Origin: Amoeboradix gromovi X-113
Taxonomy: Eukaryota; Fungi; Sanchytriomycota
NCBI GenBank assembly: GCA_018985225.1
Contig: JADGIF010000014.1
Coordinates: 10,056-42,055 of the forward strand
Length of the DNA: 32,000 bases
Direction of reading: 5' to 3'
Shown: positions 28,473-32,000 of the stretch, piece after piece
Layout of the letters: every line of letters begins with the position of its first letter
Numbering within the stretch: the first letter of the stretch is position 1
Position numbers and translations under genes: made by a program
The notes under the pieces: model-generated
What the model was told of the DNA's origin: nothing
The model's input: only the letters and a program-made list of their open reading frames with translations
The model's database searches: none

Positions 28473-31254
28473 CTATTTGGTCAAAGGCTTTTTATCAGGA
28501 ATTAATCTTAGGATAACGCCAATTAGAAGACCTCCAATCCCTGCACAAAACGAGATTAGCCATTGAAAAAGAGTCAAGTCAGTAGTCCCAAATATGGGGT
28601 GAAAGAAAGGAACTTGAATTAAACTGATCTGGCTACCAATCATGAATACCCATATTGTGACAAAAAACTTATTTTCCAAGATATTTTCAAAAATATTAAA
28701 TTTGTTTTCTAATTGCCTGGAATTTAACAAGTTGAATATTTGCAGCAAGACGAAGACATTAAAAACGAGAGTACGAGTGAGAACCACATTTTCCACCCAT
28801 CCAAAGATTTCCGAGCCACTCTCTAAGAAAAAAATCGAAATCGCAAATTGGTAATTGGCTTGGCCAAAAATCATCTTTGACATAGTGTTATTGATCAGAG
28901 GCTCCGATTTCTTATATGGCAATCGGTTTAATAATTTAACATCTGGCTTGTCTGTAGCTAATGCCAAAGCAGCAAATGTATCCATGATTAAGTTGACCCA
29001 TAACAAAGGAATCGCAGTTAGAATAGGTTCTGAATTTTTGTCTCTTATGACCGAGATTAAGGTTATACCGACTGCTGAGATATTGACGGTTAATTGGAAC
29101 TGCAAAAACTTCCGAATACTATCAAATACACTTCTACCCCATAACACTGCTTTAACAAGACTAGCAAAGTTATCATCCAGCAGCACTATATCAGATGCTT
29201 CTTTTGCTACCGCTGTTCCCTGTATTCCCATAGAGAATCCAACGTCGGCTGCCTTTAATGCAGGTCCATCATTTGTGCCTAAATAAGTGCAGAATACCAT
29301 CTCCCGTTACCGCAACACACTCGCCCAACCACTTCAATGTATGCACTAATATTTCTTTGTCAGAGGGTGAAGATCTGGCCAGAACCCTTAGATTAGGAAC
29401 TATTCGTAGTAACTCAGTTTCGGGCAATAAACGGAATTCAGGTCCTTCCATAGCTATAAATCCATTATCCTCTTGAAATATGTGACATTGCTTAGCAATG
29501 CTCATTGCTGTTTTCAAATTATCACCTGTCACCATTCTAACAACGATTCCTGCAGACTGGCATTGTAAAACAGAATTGGGTACTTCTACTCTTATTGGAT
29601 CTTGGATCCCTACAATTCCTATAAAAGTCATGTTGCTCTCATCCAGTACATCTATAGAGCCTAGCGACTTGAACCCCAAGGCTATGGTTCTTAGTCCATA
29701 ATTTGCAAACTTGTCAATCTTCGCATGTATTTTCGCTCTTCTTGAATCAGACAACAGCTCAAGGTTTCCGTTCCTTATGCAGCTTGTGCATAGAGATAAT
29801 ATAATTTCAGAAGCGCCCTTGCTATACAATCTGATTGAGTCATTAGCAAGTGCAACAATTGTTGACATTCTCTTTCTATCTGACGCAAATGGTACCACTT
29901 TTAAAACTCTGGCAGATTTTCGGTCTTCTGCATAGTTGGAGTACGGCTTGCACATGTTTAGCAATGCAATTTCTGTCTTAGAACCCACAAACTCAATCTT
30001 TCCAATTTCATTTTCAGTTTCATAGGCAGTTGAATTAATGTTAACACAATTAGTTACTAGTTGTAAAGTATCATCATGAACATGATTCAAATCGGTTTCT
30101 GGTGTTTTGTATTCTTCTAAATCAAAATATCCGCGCAAGACAGTCATTTTATTTTGCGTTAATGTGCCAGTCTTATCTGAGCAAATGGTAGTTGCGTTTC
30201 CCATAGTTTCGCAAGAAGACAGTACACGTACGAGGTTGTTATCCTTCATCATTTGAACAGTCGCAAAACTGAGACTTAAGGTAACTGCCATAGGTAAACC
30301 TTCCGGAACTGCTACAACAATAATGGTTATTGCGTTGATTAAGAAATGAAGCACGCTTTGGAACACAAGCATCAAGTTATCGCTAATACCGTAGTAAAAG
30401 TAATTTCCCAGTGAGATAATGAAAATTAAAACTGCAAATGCTATGCCAAATTTGCTTATTTTCTTACCAAACAAAGATAATTTGTTTTGCAACGGAGTGG
30501 GCTCGGATTTCCTCCGAACTGTCAGGAGCAACTTGCCATTTTGTGAATTTACTCCCACTGCCAGAAGAACCATTACGCCAATGCCATCTACTACCTGAGA
30601 CCCTGATATTACATATCTGTTGTTCTCGGTTTTTGTAACGTGATCACTCTCACCAGTTAAACTGGACTCATCTATTTTTAAGGAAGAGAACGACAGCAAG
30701 TATCCGTCTGCAGGAATGATATCTCCATTTTGGATTTTTACAATATCTCCCACAACCAACTCAGATGTCGGAATATGGAGATTCAAGGTCGATGTTCGGC
30801 TGCTCTCGACATCTCCGTTGTGCTTTGTACGTACAACACTTGCTTTTAAGTTCGACTGGGTTTGTTCGCTCAAATATTGAAACTGTTTGTTCTTTTGATA
30901 GTCTTGGTACGCATTTATAAATACAACCATGATGACAGTTACCCCAATTGCCAAACCTTCCGCATAAGCCATTTCCACTTTGTTAACGAAATATTCATAC
31001 AATCCTGTGCCCAATGATATCATAGAAGATGCAGTTAATATCCTTATAATTGTGTCATCAAATCCTTTTTTCACTAATCTCAAAAAGCTAGGTTGTTCTT
31101 GCTGTGGTATTATATTGGAACCGTACTTTTTGACCCTATCGGAAACAGATTTAGTACTGATACCATTACTGGATGTATTCAACTGCACCATTAAATCCTT
31201 GATGTCCTGATTTGTTAACTCTTTGCGCTTCTCAACAAGTTCCGTAAGATCCAT
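28473..31254 (-). CDS. PMC1: P2B Ca2+-ATPase (Pmc1/PMCA-type), 920 aa; exons 31254-29298 and 29278-28473; no long C-terminal calmodulin-binding tail
   Basis: TGES, VAVPEGLPMAVT, CSDKTGTLT, KGASE, MVTGDN, and KFLQFQLTVN and WVNLIMDT. The hinge VAVTGDG|TNDGPALK is restored only by removing a 19-nt intron. Confidence 0.96.
29279..29297 (-). other. 19-nt spliceosomal-type intron GTATTCTGCACTTATTTAG (phase 1)
   Basis: Exact removal gives GAT G|GC ACA AAT GAT = D-G-T-N-D, the invariant P-type ATPase hinge. Confidence 0.95.
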
Positions 31255-32000
31255 GCGGAATTCAACCCCTTGTTTGCCACTCCTCCTTAGAATACCTGAG
31301 GTCTCAGAAAATCAAGAATTCGCATGGAGAAACTGAGAATCCAGGTCACTTGAGTCCCAAAGTAAGACAGAGTAAGGATGCTTATGAGACATGTGAGTGT
31401 GTATTAATGGCTAATTCCAGTCTGAGGTCGACGAGATTAGATCAATCTAATCCGAGTAAATTAGTCAAACCAGCAAAACGCTGATTTTAAGCTGCTTTTT
31501 GTTATATTTAGGTCGGTCAAAAGCGAATATCTGTATTTTCAAAATTGAGATTGTAGAAGATTGTAGAAATACCTTGCCAGATATAGTTTACTCAGAGAAA
31601 AGAAAATTTGGCGGAGCAGGGAGATTCTTTAGAATGATAAAAAGAGCTGGGCAATTTTGTTCAGCTGAAATAAATCAATTTTTTATTGCACCCTGCTAGA
31701 CTCAAATTAATCCATTATCTTAATTCTTGTTGATATCAAATTAATACAAACTTTCATGTCTAAGGTATATAATTCAAATATACTTTCTTGCTGCCATGTG
31801 CTTTCTACCGTTGGCGTGAAAGTGAAAAAGACAAAAAATAAACAACTCTCAATATCATAGGACTTCTTTTTGTTGGTACTGGTATTTTGTCACCATTCAA
31901 CACTTTGCAGATCTAAGACTTGTAGCAATTTTTCGCATCAGAATATGCGAAATGAAAAGAACTCAAAGTTCATTAGAGTTGCGACCATTCAAAAACAATA

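Noticed and set aside
29269-29300. PMC1 as a frameshifted pseudogene or programmed frameshift
   Set aside because: The break is an exact 19-nt GT-AG insert that matches a second intron, and all catalytic motifs are intact.
485-31210. Numerous 60-143 aa antisense or overlapping ORFs in the ORF track
   Set aside because: Shadow frames of real genes with no recognisable motifs.
1-32000. Alternative genetic code (TAA/TAG = Gln, as in some aphelids)
   Set aside because: TOR ends with TAA exactly after the FATC terminal Trp, and long conserved genes have no internal TAR codons.
1-32000. tRNA, rRNA, snRNA, CRISPR array or prokaryotic defence system
   Set aside because: No cloverleaf, conserved snRNA boxes or regularly spaced repeats were seen by eye, and the gene content is eukaryotic.

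Overview
AT-rich, very gene-dense eukaryotic nuclear DNA using the standard genetic code. Gene content points to an early-diverging fungus or other holomycotan that retains centriole genes; a sanchytrid- or chytrid-like lineage is a guess, not something I could verify. About 13 near intron-less genes: TOR (5'-truncated), a divergent beta-propeller/coiled-coil protein (CFAP57-like?), an asteroid/PIN nuclease, CEP120, ATG6/VPS30, a single-domain VPS10/sortilin, ATG8, two coiled-coil proteins, an Mtc6-like membrane protein, an alpha/beta hydrolase, a P5B ATPase and a PMC1-type Ca2+ ATPase. The most striking signal is a pair of ultrashort 19-nt GT-AG introns in two unrelated genes 23 kb apart. They are 17/19 identical (GTATTCTGYACTTATKTAG), and each repairs a reading frame exactly. 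Also seen: a 20-nt candidate intron that would fuse two ORFs, a concentration of autophagy/vacuole genes, a ~490-bp TIR-bounded MITE-like element, a 5'-to-3' synonymous codon gradient, and hairpin-rich intergenic tracts.
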